A DNA stretch of 64,000 nt from the human T2T-CHM13v2.0 reference genome, Homo sapiens: NCBI RefSeq assembly GCF_009914755.1, contig NC_060928.1. One strand, given 5' to 3'. The notes beneath the pieces were generated by a model. The model saw only the letters and a list, made by a program, of their open reading frames with translations. It had not been told where the DNA came from and ran no database searches. The position numbers and the translations under genes are program-made. This document shows, in pieces, positions 13,411 through 30,460 of this stretch (position 1 is its first letter; each line of letters starts with the position of its first letter).

Positions 13411-14170
13411 CTCCATTGGTTTATAAATATCCGTGGCTTACTGAAATCTTAACAATTAGACCATTTCTGTCCTTGTTATATTATTGGGCTCCTAAAGCAT
13501 TTAGAACATCCTTCTTTTGACAAAGCTTTTTATTTAAGTCTATAATCTTATTGTAGTCTCGAAAGTCTCCTGTATCTGAAGCCCGAATATTCATTCTATT
13601 TACCTTCACATTCTTTACTAGGAATCTGAAGCCACCTTAAGGCAAAGGAATGACTTCCATGGAATACAGATGAAGTTGGTAAAAGGAAATACAAAGGAGA
13701 AAAAGTACATTTGTTCTGTTCTATGACTATTACTCTGATACACTGGTAATGCTATGATGATGGAAGGAACAAATAAATGTCTCAGGATCTTGATCTTCTG
13801 ATAATAGGGAAGTTAACAGTTCCTGTATTTACAGGAACTGTAATAGAGAGGGAAGTTCCTGTATTTACAGGAAGAATTTTAGCAGGGTAAACTTCAAAAC
13901 CAATAAAGGCTTGCGTGTTGCTACCATAAAAAAGAACAAGAAAGCCAACCACAAAAATTAAACACTAAATTGAGCAAAGAAAGAAAAGGCAATATTACTA
14001 CTGAAGTATTAGAGAGCACTCACTACTTCCCTATTTTACCTGCATGTATAACCTATGACGTTACTCATTTATTTCTCTGTATGTCATTTGAGAAGTGACT
14101 TATGGAGAGAGAATAGATAAAATAGCATTCCTTAATTAAATATGGTAGGATGCAACGTATACATGACTAA

Positions 14171-14480
<310 letters not shown>

Positions 14481-14949
14481 TTTTTGTTTTTGAGACAGAT
14501 TTTCACTCTTCTCACCTTTTTATATAAAGAAAATGCATCTGGAACATTTAGATCAGTTCTTGACCATATTAAACAAATCTTATAGAATTAACACAAACCA
14601 TGTTATCTAAATCTTGGGATTTTGAGCCTAAAAGCCTGTGCCTTAATTTATAATCAAAGGTCAAAAAGGTCAGATCTATAAAGAGAAGGTACAATGATGA
14701 ACACTAGGTGATTGCTTTGAAAACTTTCTTGCAAACGTAGCTTACTTGGGGATTTTTGTTAATATATCTAATTCCGTAAGCCTGGGTGAAGCCTTGGATT
14801 CTGTATGACTCAGGAGCCCTTGGGACACTGTAGTGCTCTTAGTGGTAGAGCACCCTTTGAGCAGGATACTGAAGAAGAGCTATTTGACTTGAATGGCCTG
14901 GCTGGGTTTCCAAATTTTCTGGGGTGTTCTTGGACTTCTATTTTTCTAA

Positions 14950-15480
14950 TTCACTTATGTAGCATCGTGAAAAGTTTTCTGAATATTCTCATTGGAATCA
15001 CGTTCAACTTCTAGGTAAATTTGAGAGGAAATAGAAATATTTACAACAGTGAATCTTCCTACTTATTAATTATGCCTTTCTCAAGATATATTCACTTTGT
15101 TTTATGTCCATCTGTTAGATTCTGTAATTTTCTGAATAGCAGTTTTGTACATCATTTTGCATGTTTTGTTCCTAGGAACTCTATGTTTATTGCTGGTATC
15201 ACAAATAGAATCTTTTATATTATTATATTCTCTAATAGGTTATTGATGTTGTGCAAAAGCATCATTGACTATATTGATCTCTCTGCAGAGCTCCTGCTAA
15301 ACTCTAACAGGTTGTCTATACATATTTTTGAATTTGTTTATGTAGACAAATGTTTACATATAACAGTTATGTCTCTTCTTTTTTTACCCTGCTATCCTTA
15401 ATTTCTTTTACTTTTTTCTTTTATTGGCAAGGAAATTTCAGCGCAATGTTGATTTTTTAATAGTGGTAGTGACCATTGTT
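14950..15480 (-). mobile_element. Very old L1 (L1ME-like) fragment
   Basis: attggaatcacgttcaacttctaggtaaatttgagagga...tttgttcctaggaact matches degenerate antisense L1 ORF2 text. Confidence 0.55.
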
Positions 15481-16705
15481 TGTTGCCTTCTCTTAATGGA
15501 TTATGCAGTTGTTTCTAGAACATATAATATTATTTTCCACCTTGAGAAATTTTCTGATGCCCATTTCTCTGCCAGGAATGTTATTTTGTCCATAGTCCTC
15601 ATAGAACTGTTTCCTTCACATTAATCATACCAAAGATTCCGTGCCAACAGTGAAAAATTGTTGATTCTTTCAGTATAGTGATAAAAGAACCAAACACAAA
15701 CTAGCTAAAACAATTTAAGGGAAATTTATTAGCCTCAAACTAAAATGTGCAGAAGTAGATTCTTGCTGTCATCACAATTGTATTTGGTATTGATGGCTCC
15801 ATTTCTTTCTAAATTCTTGAACAAATTCCCTCTAAGTTGCAAATTTGATAGCAGCCCACTTCTTACAAGCTAAGCAACTCTATTAGGATGGGAACTTCTT
15901 CCTACTTAAAGTTAAGCTTCCTCCCTGGTTGGCCTTGCTTGGCTATGTGCTCATCCTCAAACTAATCACTGTTGAGGAGAAAGGACTCATAATTCTCTCT
16001 CTGTGGTAGGCAGAGTAGGCCCCTTGACCAAGTCTTACCAAAATTTTCTAAGCACTGAGAACAAATAGTTCACGGATCCATGAGATGCAGCTGGATAGAG
16101 CAAAGCATACGAAATCCACTAAATTTGCTTAAAGACATCTTTCCTGACAAGCCCATTTTTAAATTCTGTATCTAAGCTCTTATAAACTATTATGTCATGA
16201 ATCCTGATTTGTAATTTATTAATTTATGCTTCCTGTACTAGAATATAAACTCCATGACAGAAGGGACACTGCTTTCCTTGTTTACTGTTGCATCTCCAGG
16301 ATAGAGAGTGATGTATGCTGTATGGGAGGAATTAAATAAATAAACTTAACTGAAAATATCAGGAATCCATAACAGGGAAAAATAACATTCCAGTTTGTAC
16401 TAAGAGACGGTGATATTGAATATGATAACCTTAACTTCCTTTTGAAATGAGTTGACAAGAAAAAGTTGAAAATTGTCTTTTTGCTTCTCTTTTTTAAGAA
16501 GTCAGTTGCCAATTAGATCTACTTGCAGCCTGGAAGAGCTATGACTCACCGTGAACTTGAATGAATGAAGTCTTTAGGCTGATTTTTACACATAATGTCA
16601 AAGTTCTCTTTTTCTGGTCGTAGCTACACCTTGCCTTTTATAAGTATTAATTATTAATACATTTTCATACATGTTGTTTATTTGGTTTAAATTCTATCTC
16701 TGCCA

Positions 16706-16994
<289 letters not shown>

Positions 16995-17620
16995 CTATCT
17001 CTGCCACTTACCTGCTATGTTATCTCAGGCATTTTTTTCCCTCATTTCCAGTGGGGTTGACTATTTCTGGCATTTTACTCAACTTCTCTAAAAGCTTTCA
17101 TTTTCTTGTCTGTAAAAATGGAGTCTTAACCTCTACTCACATTGTATCATAAAGATTAAATGAAATAATGTATTTTGAAAAACCAGTACAATACTTTTCA
17201 ATAGTAACAATTAAAAATGATCATTATGATTTTATTTGTTTCTAGCTTTTTGATATAGAATATCTGTTTTGGGCAGAATGCATGCCAACCACAATAAAGG
17301 TGGCTGGATTTCCTTACCTGCCCTTCATATAAAGTTACCTTTGACATGTGCAGAGTAAATATAGTACCTTCCTGTGCCTTTAAGTTAGCAGTATTTTGCA
17401 GTTCCCTAAAGATCATATGGTAGAAGCAACAGTGACTAAGGAGAAAAGGAAAAAACAGGTTAGGACCATTTTCTCAAAAGGTGATAGTGCCAATGGCAGG
17501 CACCCAGGCTTCTTGAACTCACCTATGTTCACATTGTTAGTAAAGTAGCAGAAGGAAGGCATGCTAGGAGTTGAACTTCATGTTTTCCACTAACTATCCT
17601 AAAGTCAATCCTTCTAATTG

Positions 17621-18059
17621 TATGGAGTCCTAATTGAGAAAAAGAGTCAGGCTGGCTCCTTTCCAAGAGAAAGCAAAAAGAAGGAAGCAGATAAGCTATA
17701 AGTCTGCCTTTTTTTCATGGTCCAGGGCACATAGCTCTCCTGTGCAAATAACTAACAATCTTCCTGCACCCAGTTATCACCAGATCCTCGGCTGATAAAA
17801 AATACATGTTAGCTCACTGCAACCTTGGCATTATCAATACTGCACAAAACCCTCATTAGCACACAGCACAAGCACCCTATTCCCCAGCCAGCCTTTATCT
17901 CCTTGCAGTCAGCTCCTCTCTTGCTAGTCTGCCTGTTGCTCCCTTGTAATATATTTTCTTATCTTCTCTAATAAATCTGCCCTCCTTTACCTATTACTGT
18001 TTTGGTAACTTCTTATCACCTGCACCATTGGCCCAGATAGTCACCACTCACCTATGACA
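17621..18059 (+). mobile_element. Solo LTR, MER83-like (ERV1)
   Basis: ggagtcctaattgagaaaaagagtcaggctggc...gcagataagctataagtctgcc, an AATAAA, and an end at ...tgaCA. Flanks are aattg / aactg. Confidence 0.75.
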
Positions 18060-18544
18060 AACTGGCTTGTAAAATAATTTCTAGGGTTATTATATACCAA
18101 TATATTATATAGGTTTATCATGAAAGATGGTAGTTTACCTTTGAAGTAGTATAAAATATGCCAAGCAAAAAAAAAAAAAAAAAAGGTAGAAATAAACGCA
18201 GGTGTCTGAGCAGCAGGCACGGTCTGAGCTATCCAGATCTTTGTGACTGAAACTTTCCTTTAGGCAGGTCCACTCCTTCACCTAAGCCACATGCTCTCTT
18301 ACATTCTTGCTCCCAGTGTCATGCCCTTGATTTGTCCTTCTAGAACTTTCTATGTGAAAATATTCAAAGTACAGTGTGAGGGGAGCTCAAATAGTAGGGG
18401 AATGCAGGACCCCACTTTTGTAGGGAGAACTTCATGAGATGTCAAAGCCCAGTAAAGTGAAAGGTAGCTAGAACTAAAGGGCTAGAGGGAGGCAAATATT
18501 GCTGAAAGCCTGCATTTAGAGACAGAGAATTGCAGGACAAAGGA

Positions 18545-21592
<3,048 letters not shown>

Positions 21593-23471
21593 AAAAAATT
21601 AAATTTTTAAAATTTAGAGATGGGGCTTGCTTTGTCACCTAGGCTGGAGTACAGTGGCACTTGGAACAGTGCTAGGAACACACAAGGTATTCGATGACTA
21701 TCTTTTAATCAATGATTAAATCATAATCTTCTATGTTGGACACCAAGCATGTGTATGCATTTCTACATGTGTAAGGAACAATAAAAGGAGTGAAGTTTAT
21801 TGTTTGTTTATTTTTGTTGTTATTTTTATCACATATATATGTTAAAATTGAAATGGCCTATTGTTCATTGATGTGTTATGACTTCTATGAAAGAAAAGGT
21901 GCCCTACTTCAAAAAACAAGGCAAAAAAAAAATTCCCAAAAGTAGCATAAGATGTTATAATACCAAACATGCACATTTAATTTTAAGTATTGGAAACAAG
22001 AATATTTTGTAAGTTTTTTTGAGGTATACACCAGCTATTGTTTACATGAGACTTATTCAGATTGGTATGAAATGTTCCTAATTCAAATTTCAACCAGGAT
22101 CACACTTAATTTTATAATCATGTGTCGGAATGCTTAAAGTAATGAGCTTCTGAAGGCTTACAGCCTTACACCCCATTGGCCATGTCTTAATGACAACACA
22201 ATGAGACTTAATGTTTCTTTTCATGAAACATCCATCTGAGAGCAACAATTTTGTTGAAAGCTTTAAATTAATTTATGCCATTCATTATTTTTTTTTCTGA
22301 AAGTTTAGTCCCTTTGTGCCAAGCATGTCGTCTTTAGTTGACTGTAGCATGTTGTTTTCATGTAAGCTTTTATTTTCTCATTCAATGTCCTATGCACTTA
22401 GTATTTTCCATCATTTCCTTGTTCTGTCCCTTCTGATTCTGGACATTATTTCTAAGCAGATACATGAAACATATCACTCACAGAATTCTTGGTATTAACC
22501 ATATCATGGGTTACATAGCAAGAAAGGTCAAGGAGATTAGGAACAAATTAAAGTTTAAAAAACTTAGATTGTAAACTCCATAAATACATAAAACTGAAAA
22601 TTAACCTGTAACTAAGTAATAAGGAAGCTTAATTAATAGGATTTTTATTAGATTTGCTTTCTTGGATTTAATATTTGATAGGAAAAGTAAATTAAGCATT
22701 TATATTTACTACTTGTATACTCCTGTATATCCATAATCACACAATAAAAATTGTGCTTATATTGTCTTTTGTCATTTAAATTCTCATTTTTCAAAACATA
22801 CAATTTTACCAAGTTCTTAAAAATGTCCAATAGTAGGAATTTATATTCCAATGGCTGAGATTATTTTAATAATTTTCTCTGTATCTTTATAATAAACCTT
22901 TATCACCCAAATTAATCCAAGTGTGGCTTTGCTTCTTACAGTCCAAATCTAACTAATAAAAATGCAATCTGGTTTTATTTCATTTTAACAGACACCATTT
23001 TATTTTTTTACAAAAATAGGTTCTTATATAATACTGAATTTTTAAAAATCAAGTAAAAATACCCATTCTCCAAGCATATAGGTTGATAGAATTTTAACTA
23101 TGTTATGTTTATAGAGTACTTGCTTAGTAAATTACATAATAATTTTAATACAAGACAATTATATGCTACTGCCTTAAAATGTCCATACCAAGTAACAATG
23201 GATATATTTACATCATGGACAATGTCTAGTACATTCCCTGGATCCAATACATATATTTTAAAATAGTTGAATATGCTATAATATTTTGACCAATCATACA
23301 GTTATGACTCAATCAAAAAGCATCTGAGGAGTATAATGACTGGGTTATTTTCATATTACAGAAGGAAAAACACATGAGATACACAGTATCTCAGATTGTC
23401 CTCTTATCAGCTAAATGGCCCTGTATAATAGGAAAAACAGGAGAGAATATAATTCTCAAAAATATGAGGAG

Positions 23472-23660
23472 AGCTGGCTGCAGTTGCATGTGCCTATGAT
23501 CTCAGCTACTCTGAAAGCTGAGGTGGAAGAATCACTTCAGCCCAGGAGTTTGAGGCTGCAGTGCACTGTGACCGTGCCTGTGAGCCTGGGAATGGCCACT
23601 GTGCTCCAGCCTGGGCAACAAAGTGAGACCCTGTCTCCAAAAGAAAAAAAAAAAAAGAAA
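23472..23660 (+). mobile_element. Alu monomer (FRAM/FAM-like)
   Basis: cccaggagtttgaggctgcagtg...gctccagcctgggcaacaaagtgagaccctgtctc plus an A tail. Confidence 0.8.
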
Positions 23661-23964
23661 CTGAGACTCAAATATCATTGAGGATTGTTTCTTTTGAACA
23701 CTTTATATCTATATTCAATTTTTTAAAAATTTATTTTCTGAGATGACTGTCGAGTTACATCAAGTTTTGAGTCGTCATTTTTAGAGTCTTGTTAACAGAA
23801 TTGATTGACCATTTTAGCCCAAACAGTTGAACCATGATTGCTTGTAGATGGCGTTTTTACCTATTTATTCTTGCCCAGAAGAGTGCTCTGCACCATGTGG
23901 TCCCAACAATGCTTCTAATCATTGTATTTCTAAATGCTGTGACAAGAATGAACAAGAGCTGTTA

Positions 23965-24330
23965 TGTTCATGCAATAGAGTATTATCCTACCATAAAAAA
24001 GAAATAAAATAGTGATACATGCTGCAACAAGGATGAACTTTAAAAACATTATGCTAAGTGAAACAAGCCATACACAAAAGGCCATGTATTACATGAGTTC
24101 ATTCAAATGAAATGTTCAGAAATAGATAGATCAGTGGTTACCAATGGGTAAGGGAAGGATGGGAGGGAATGGGGAATGACTGGAAATGCATATGAGGTTT
24201 CTTTTTAGGGTGATGACATATTTTGGACTTAGATAGTCGTGATGTTTATGTAACTCTGTGAATATACAAAGACCCAATGAATTGTACATTAAAAAAATGT
24301 GGCATCTGCATTATACCTCAATAAAAGTGT
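23965..24330 (+). mobile_element. L1MB/L1MC-like 3' end
   Basis: atgaactttaaaaacattatgctaagtgaaacaagcca...ttatacctcaataaaa. Confidence 0.8.
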
Positions 24331-24650
24331 TATAAAAGTTACTTAGAGCTATGTTTTCATTTCTTGACTATTAAGCATTGATTGATTCAATATGTGTCTC
24401 TTTTTTGCAATTTATTAATAATGTATTTTTTTGTGACAATCATAGTATTAAAGTTGTTTGAATTGGAAACCCTTTAATCAGGCTATAATTGAAATAGTAC
24501 TCTAGGAATAATGCTGGTGACAGTTTTGAGTTAAGATAATCTGTTTCAATAAATGTTATTGAAGATGTGATGTATGGCAAATAATTTATTTATGTGAATG
24601 AGCAAAATAAAATAGAAGCGCTATACTTAAGTAAACATAGGAAGAGTTTT

Positions 24651-25575
24651 TTTACTATTATTATACTTTAAGTTCTGGGATACACGTGCAGAACGTGCAG
24701 GTTTGTTACATAGGTATACAAGTGCCATGATGGTTTGCTGCACCCATCAACCTGTCATCTACATTAGGTATTTCTCCTAATGCTATCCCTCCCCCGGCCC
24801 CCTACCCCCTGACAGGCCCCGGTGTGTGATGTTCCCCTCCCTGTGTCCATGTGTTCTCATTGTTAAACTCCCACCTATGAGTGAGAACATGCCGTGTTTG
24901 GTTTTCTGTTCCTGTGTTAGTTTGCTGAGAATGATGGTTTCCAGCTTCATCCATGTCCCTGTAATGGACATTAACTCATCCTTTCTATGGCTGCATAGTA
25001 TTCCATGGTGTATATGTGCCACATTTTCTTTATCCAGTCTATCATCGACGGGCATTTAGGTTGGTTCCAAGTCTTTGCTATTGTGAACAGTGCTGCAATA
25101 AACATATGTGTGCATGTGTCTTTATAGTAGAATGATTTATAATCCTTTGGGTATATAACCAGTGATGGGATGGCTATGTCAAATGGTATTTCTGGTTCTA
25201 GATCCTTGAGGAATTGCCCCACTTTCTTCCACAATGGTTGAACTAATTTACACTCCCACCAACAGTGTAAAAGCATTCCTATTTCTCCACATCCTCTCCA
25301 GCATCTGTTGTTTCCTAACTTTTTAATGATCACCATTCTAACTGGCATGAAATGGTATCTCATTGTGGTTTTGATTTGCATTTCTCTAATGACCAATGAT
25401 GAGCTTTTTTTCATATGTTTGTTGGCTGCATAAATGTCTTCCTTTGAGAAATGTCTGTTCATATCCATTGCCCACTTTTTGAAGGGGTTGTTTATTTCTT
25501 GGAAATTTGTTTAAGTTCCTCGTAGATTCTGGATATTAGCCCACTGTCAGATGGATAGATTGCCAAAATTTTCTC
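24651..25575 (-). mobile_element. 5'-truncated L1PA 3' end with TSD
   Basis: Minus ORF 24971-25468 matches the L1 ORF2 C-terminus ([14 protein letters not shown]). TSD aacataggaagagtttt (24634-24650) / aacatgtaaagagtttt (25576-25592). Confidence 0.95.
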
Positions 25576-28314
25576 AACATGTAAAGAGTTTTAATAGGCC
25601 AATGTATGCCATGGCGGAACTTAGTTTGTGTTTCCTGTCTTCGGGAATACCAACTTTACACTCTGCAACTGGGTCTATTGAAGAATACTCATAATTACAA
25701 GAATAGATTAGCACAGAGAACGGGCAACCCCTGACATTTGCTGCTAGTTCCATAAGTTTTAAACCAATTCCATTTTATTTTGGTGACACAACTGATAAAT
25801 AAAGTCCTCCTAAATGGACATTTTATCCCTCTTACAGCTACCCTCGTGGTTGAACTATTTATAAACTATTCCTTTACATGCAAGTGGTTGCATCTTACTA
25901 TTAATAATTATGTTGTTTATTATTTAGTGTACTTTAGGGTTTTCCCCCTTTCCCAAATGAAACCATTTTTCAATCAATTTGTCTTAGATAGGAGAAGTAA
26001 ACTTTTTCCTATTTTATACAGTTCCTTTCTAGGTAGCTTCCAAACGAATGCCATTCTTACAGTCTTCTTAAAGTTTTCTTACACACAGATTGCATGCTAT
26101 CTTTATACTATTTCTGTATGAGATTTCTCTTATCTTGGCCACAGCTAATGAAACCAGGAGTGGTTATGTAAACCAAACTAAGTCAACTTATAAAGTGGCT
26201 AAAAGATTGAGAGGTAGCCCAGATGCAAAACTCTGCCCAATAGAGGGAGGCTATATTGGAATGTGGCCAAAGCAATTAAATTCTTGTTTTTGGAGGGTCT
26301 GACTAGGGGATCTACTGAGGAGGTTAGCATTTGGTGGTGAGAGAAGAAGCTGAAAGTGATTGTAGAGAAACTACAAGTCAGGTGAAGACTTTCTCCTACT
26401 CCTCTCAGTAGTTGTAGAGTAGGAAGTAGTGTATGCTTGCTCTCAGGGTCTAATCAGGTAGTTAATTATTGCTAGTGTTTTGGTGTATATTTTAAATGAC
26501 TTTCCAGTATCTAGAAATACTGGCTTTCCCATGCTTCAATCACTATTATTTACACAAATACTTATCAAGTGCCTACAGGCCAAGTGCATATTCCAAATCA
26601 GGATACATTAATGAACAGTAGTGCACTCACCTTCCTGGAGTTTATATCACAATGGCCAAGATTATTTTCATCATTTTCTCTGTATCTTAATAATTAACTT
26701 GTATTACCTGAATTAATCCAAGTGAGCATTTGTTCCTTGTAGTCTGAGTTTAACAAATAAAAATGTGATTTGTTTATTTCATTTTAACAGGCAGTCTTAT
26801 ATGTGTGTCTTTTACAAATATTGATTCATTGAAGTTTCATGACAATTTTTAAAAGTATCCACATTTTAATAAGGGGAAATAAAGGCAAAAAGAGGTTTAA
26901 AAATTGCCTAAAGTAGATGCTGCTAGTAGTACCACCTATTACTAGCAGATGGTGCAAACAGCTTTTTAATTTAGGTAGTTTGGCTCCAACAGTCTCTTAA
27001 TCACTTTTCTATGCTACCTTTTAAAACAATTTTGGTAGAATTCCCTTTGTGTTCTCAGTAATTACATTTATATGGATATGATTTTATAATCCAATACTCA
27101 TCTTTTGTCTCCTAATTTCATTTTTCTTGAGGATAGGTGTCCTATTCAGTCTTGAATACACATCATCACAACTATCTACAGCTAGAGGACTACAAATACT
27201 ATAGGATGATGAGGTGACAATATTATTGGTTACCTTGTCACCAGTTACATCAACAGGTACTAACTGTTCTTTGAAATCTTTCTAGAACCATCAATCACTG
27301 TAGAAGCACATATTATTGTATACAGTGACATCATCATGAATCGCAGTGATTTCCAAAGGGATATGTGCATATTAACATATCTTTTATATGCCATAAGTTC
27401 TGAATCATAGGGGTGAATTGACATAATACAGTTAGCCTCCAGATACTACAGTAATTCTTCTGCAAGATGACTTACGTTGTTATATAATATCACTGAGAAA
27501 GTTTTCAATGTCATTCTCACCTTTGCTATGTGTAAATCTCTATTGGTTTGGATACACTTTTTTTTTTTTCATTTTCTTTAGGTTGTTTTACTACGTAAAA
27601 TTGTGTGAAAAGGTTGAAAACGTGGATACTTGAAACCCGTATGCAACATCTGGTTGACCTCATTCTGCCTCCTCAATGTATAAAAGTGTGATAAACACCA
27701 TATACAAAGTATTATATTCACACTCATTACTGACAAGCATATTTTGAATATGATTTACCTTCCCATTTTTGTTTCAATGATTGAATCTTGATGTAATTTG
27801 CCAAGATCCCAGAATCTACCGCAGATGTTTTTGATATTTACCCACTAGCCCCACTGGGACAATGATTGTTAAAATTCAAAGTTGCACATATTCTATTGTA
27901 ATTCATTAGTGTAAAAGGATTAAAATGTTCAAAATGTTTCAGGTGGCTTTCAAAGTTATCCCCTGAAGTGTGAACTCGTTACCAAGGAAACACATTGCAA
28001 ATGTTAGTAAATCTTTCACTGACTTGCTTTTTACACGTCCCCATGGTTGGCGTGTATGCTGAGCCCATTTAGCACAGTGCTGCTGGCAGCTTCCATTCCT
28101 GTTATGTTTATAAATACATCCGAGCCTCACAAAAAAACTAGGCAGAATTGCTTGGAGAAAATTCTTCTGGTTTTCTTTGGAGTGAGAGAGCAAAAAATCA
28201 GAGGATCACATTGATTCGAAATGGCTTCGCCAGGTTAAAAAATCTGGCGTGATAGAGTTGGAGGGAATTTGGGGGAACACCAAACAGTAAAACAAACTCA
28301 GCAATTGTCATGAC

Positions 28315-28394
28315 AATAATATTTAGACTAAATCATAATACATCATCTGGATTGATAATAATATTTAGACTAAATCATAATAAATCATCTGGAT
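28315..28394. repeat. Tandem duplication, period 42 bp, 2 copies
   Basis: aataatatttagactaaatcataata(c/a)atcatctggat at 28315 and 28357. Confidence 0.95.
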
Positions 28395-29647
28395 AATTGC
28401 AAATTTGAGTGGTGATAATTTTGGGAACATGTGATTAACGTATTAGAGATCAGAGTAAAAATTTGCCTTGTAATAATAACACTTTCTGGGACAAATAAAA
28501 GACCATTTTGTATTTTTAAATAATCTTTTTAACCACATGAAATGTACTATAAAAAAATTGTGGTTATATTGTCATTCAGATTCTTTTTTACTCTCAACTT
28601 TCCGACTTCAAGGCATGTGTAAGTCCATAAATTCTCAATGTGAGAGGTGTGGTGCACTGCAATGCATTATTGTATCTGTTTTGAAAGGTAATATAACTCC
28701 CTGTAATGTGGAAGGACACAGGCACAAGACAAATAAGCCATAAATAGAATTGATACTTATATCCAGTCAGAATAGTTATATTTAATTTTCTTAAGAAAAT
28801 GATTAAATAATCTAGGCTACAGTCACCCTGACAATCCATTGTATGTCTCAATTTCCACTATAACCAACATTTGATAACTGGCTATATTTCATTGATTCAT
28901 TTATTAGACGACCACATACTACTGATTACTTACTAGACAAGTGCTTGAGGTTTCAAAAATAAATAATAAATGGTCCTTACTCTAGGGATTGCAGTTTTAG
29001 TGGTGGCATGTATATACAGCAATTACAGTCATGTGGTATTAGAGACATGAATTAGAATGTGTGTAAGTCTTCTGTTGATCTTGATCCTCATTACTAAACT
29101 TTAACTCACCCCATTAATGGAAAGACTGTAAAAACTATCCATCTTGTTGTATGAGGAACAGCTTACTCATGGTTTCAAGCATGGAGTCACATTCACTATG
29201 ACTGGGTAAAGGTCTCGGTGACTAAATCAGGTTAATACTAGGCGAGAGGCTATGACTTCCAGCATTTCTAAGAAAGGAAAATGCATACCATTTTGGCCTC
29301 AAGCACTCTGTTTTTTGTTTTTGTTTTTGTTTATTCCTCACTAGAGATGACTATAGAAAACTAACATGACTTCTAGGTAACTGGACTACTATGAATCCAC
29401 CCCCAAGGTTTAGAATGCTTTTCAATGCCCCGATTGTGTAATTTAATGTGGTATTGTTCTTCCCCTCACAGGTGTCCCTCTGGCTCTACTGAACATACTG
29501 AGCAGGGACCTTGAACCTAATTAATCTCCTAAATTTTAAAACCTGTGATGACCTAGGGCAAGCATAAATTTGGAAGAAGCAAAGACAATATATTTATCTT
29601 GAAATATTTCAATTAAACTTCTGACTTGTTGACTTTATTGTAAGAGT

Positions 29648-29961
29648 TTGTTTTTATTTATTTATTTTTTTGAGACAGAGTCTCACTTCATCTCCCAGGC
29701 TGGAGTGTGGTGGTGCAATCTTGGCTCACTGCAACCTCCGCCTCCTGGGTTCAAGGGTTCAAGTGATTCTTGTGCCTCAGGCTCCCAAGTAGCTGGGACT
29801 ACAGGACTGTGCCACCACACCCAGCTAATTTTTGTATTTTTTGTAGAGACAAGGTTTCACCATGTTGGCCAGGCTGGTCTTGAGCTTCTGACCTCAAGTG
29901 GTCCACCCGCTTCTGCCTCTCAAAGTGCTGGGATTACAGGTGTGAGTCACTGTGCCTGGTC
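29648..29961 (-). mobile_element. Alu (Sx/Sz-like)
   Basis: Antisense dimeric Alu with a small internal duplication gggttcaagggttcaag. Confidence 0.92.
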
Positions 29962-30319
29962 TATTGCAATAGTTTCTAACTTGTCAGAAAGAGTGACACA
30001 AAAATTATTTTATTCATTGAAAACCCTTCTGATTGTTTCAACCATGACTATCATTTGATTTATGTGTTTGTTTTTCAGGTTTTGAAAATGACTGCCAAAA
30101 AGTTTATAAGCTGCAACATTTTAAGTAAATTTTATTATTAATGAATACACAGAAATTGAAAGTAAACTCATGGCTTCAACCTTTATACCAAACCTCCAGT
30201 AAGCAATAAAAATATCATAAATTTATTAAACAATAAACATGTACTTAGGAAAAAACAAAGGAGAATAATGAAGAACAAAGAGGCACCCAAATTAACTTTT
30301 TAAAAATTGTTACGTATTT

Positions 30320-30460
30320 ATTTATGTATTATATTTATTTAATTAGAGACGGGGTTTTGCCATGTTGCCCAAGGTGCTCTTGAACTCCAGGGCTCACTCC
30401 ATCCGCCTGCCTCAGCCTTTCTAAGTGTTAAGATTACAGGCGTGAGCCACTGTGCTGGCC
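30320..30460 (-). mobile_element. Alu left monomer (FLAM-like)
   Basis: agagacggggttttgccatgttgccc...gagccactgtgctggcc. Flanked by aaattaacttttaaa-like repeats (TSD). Confidence 0.85.
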
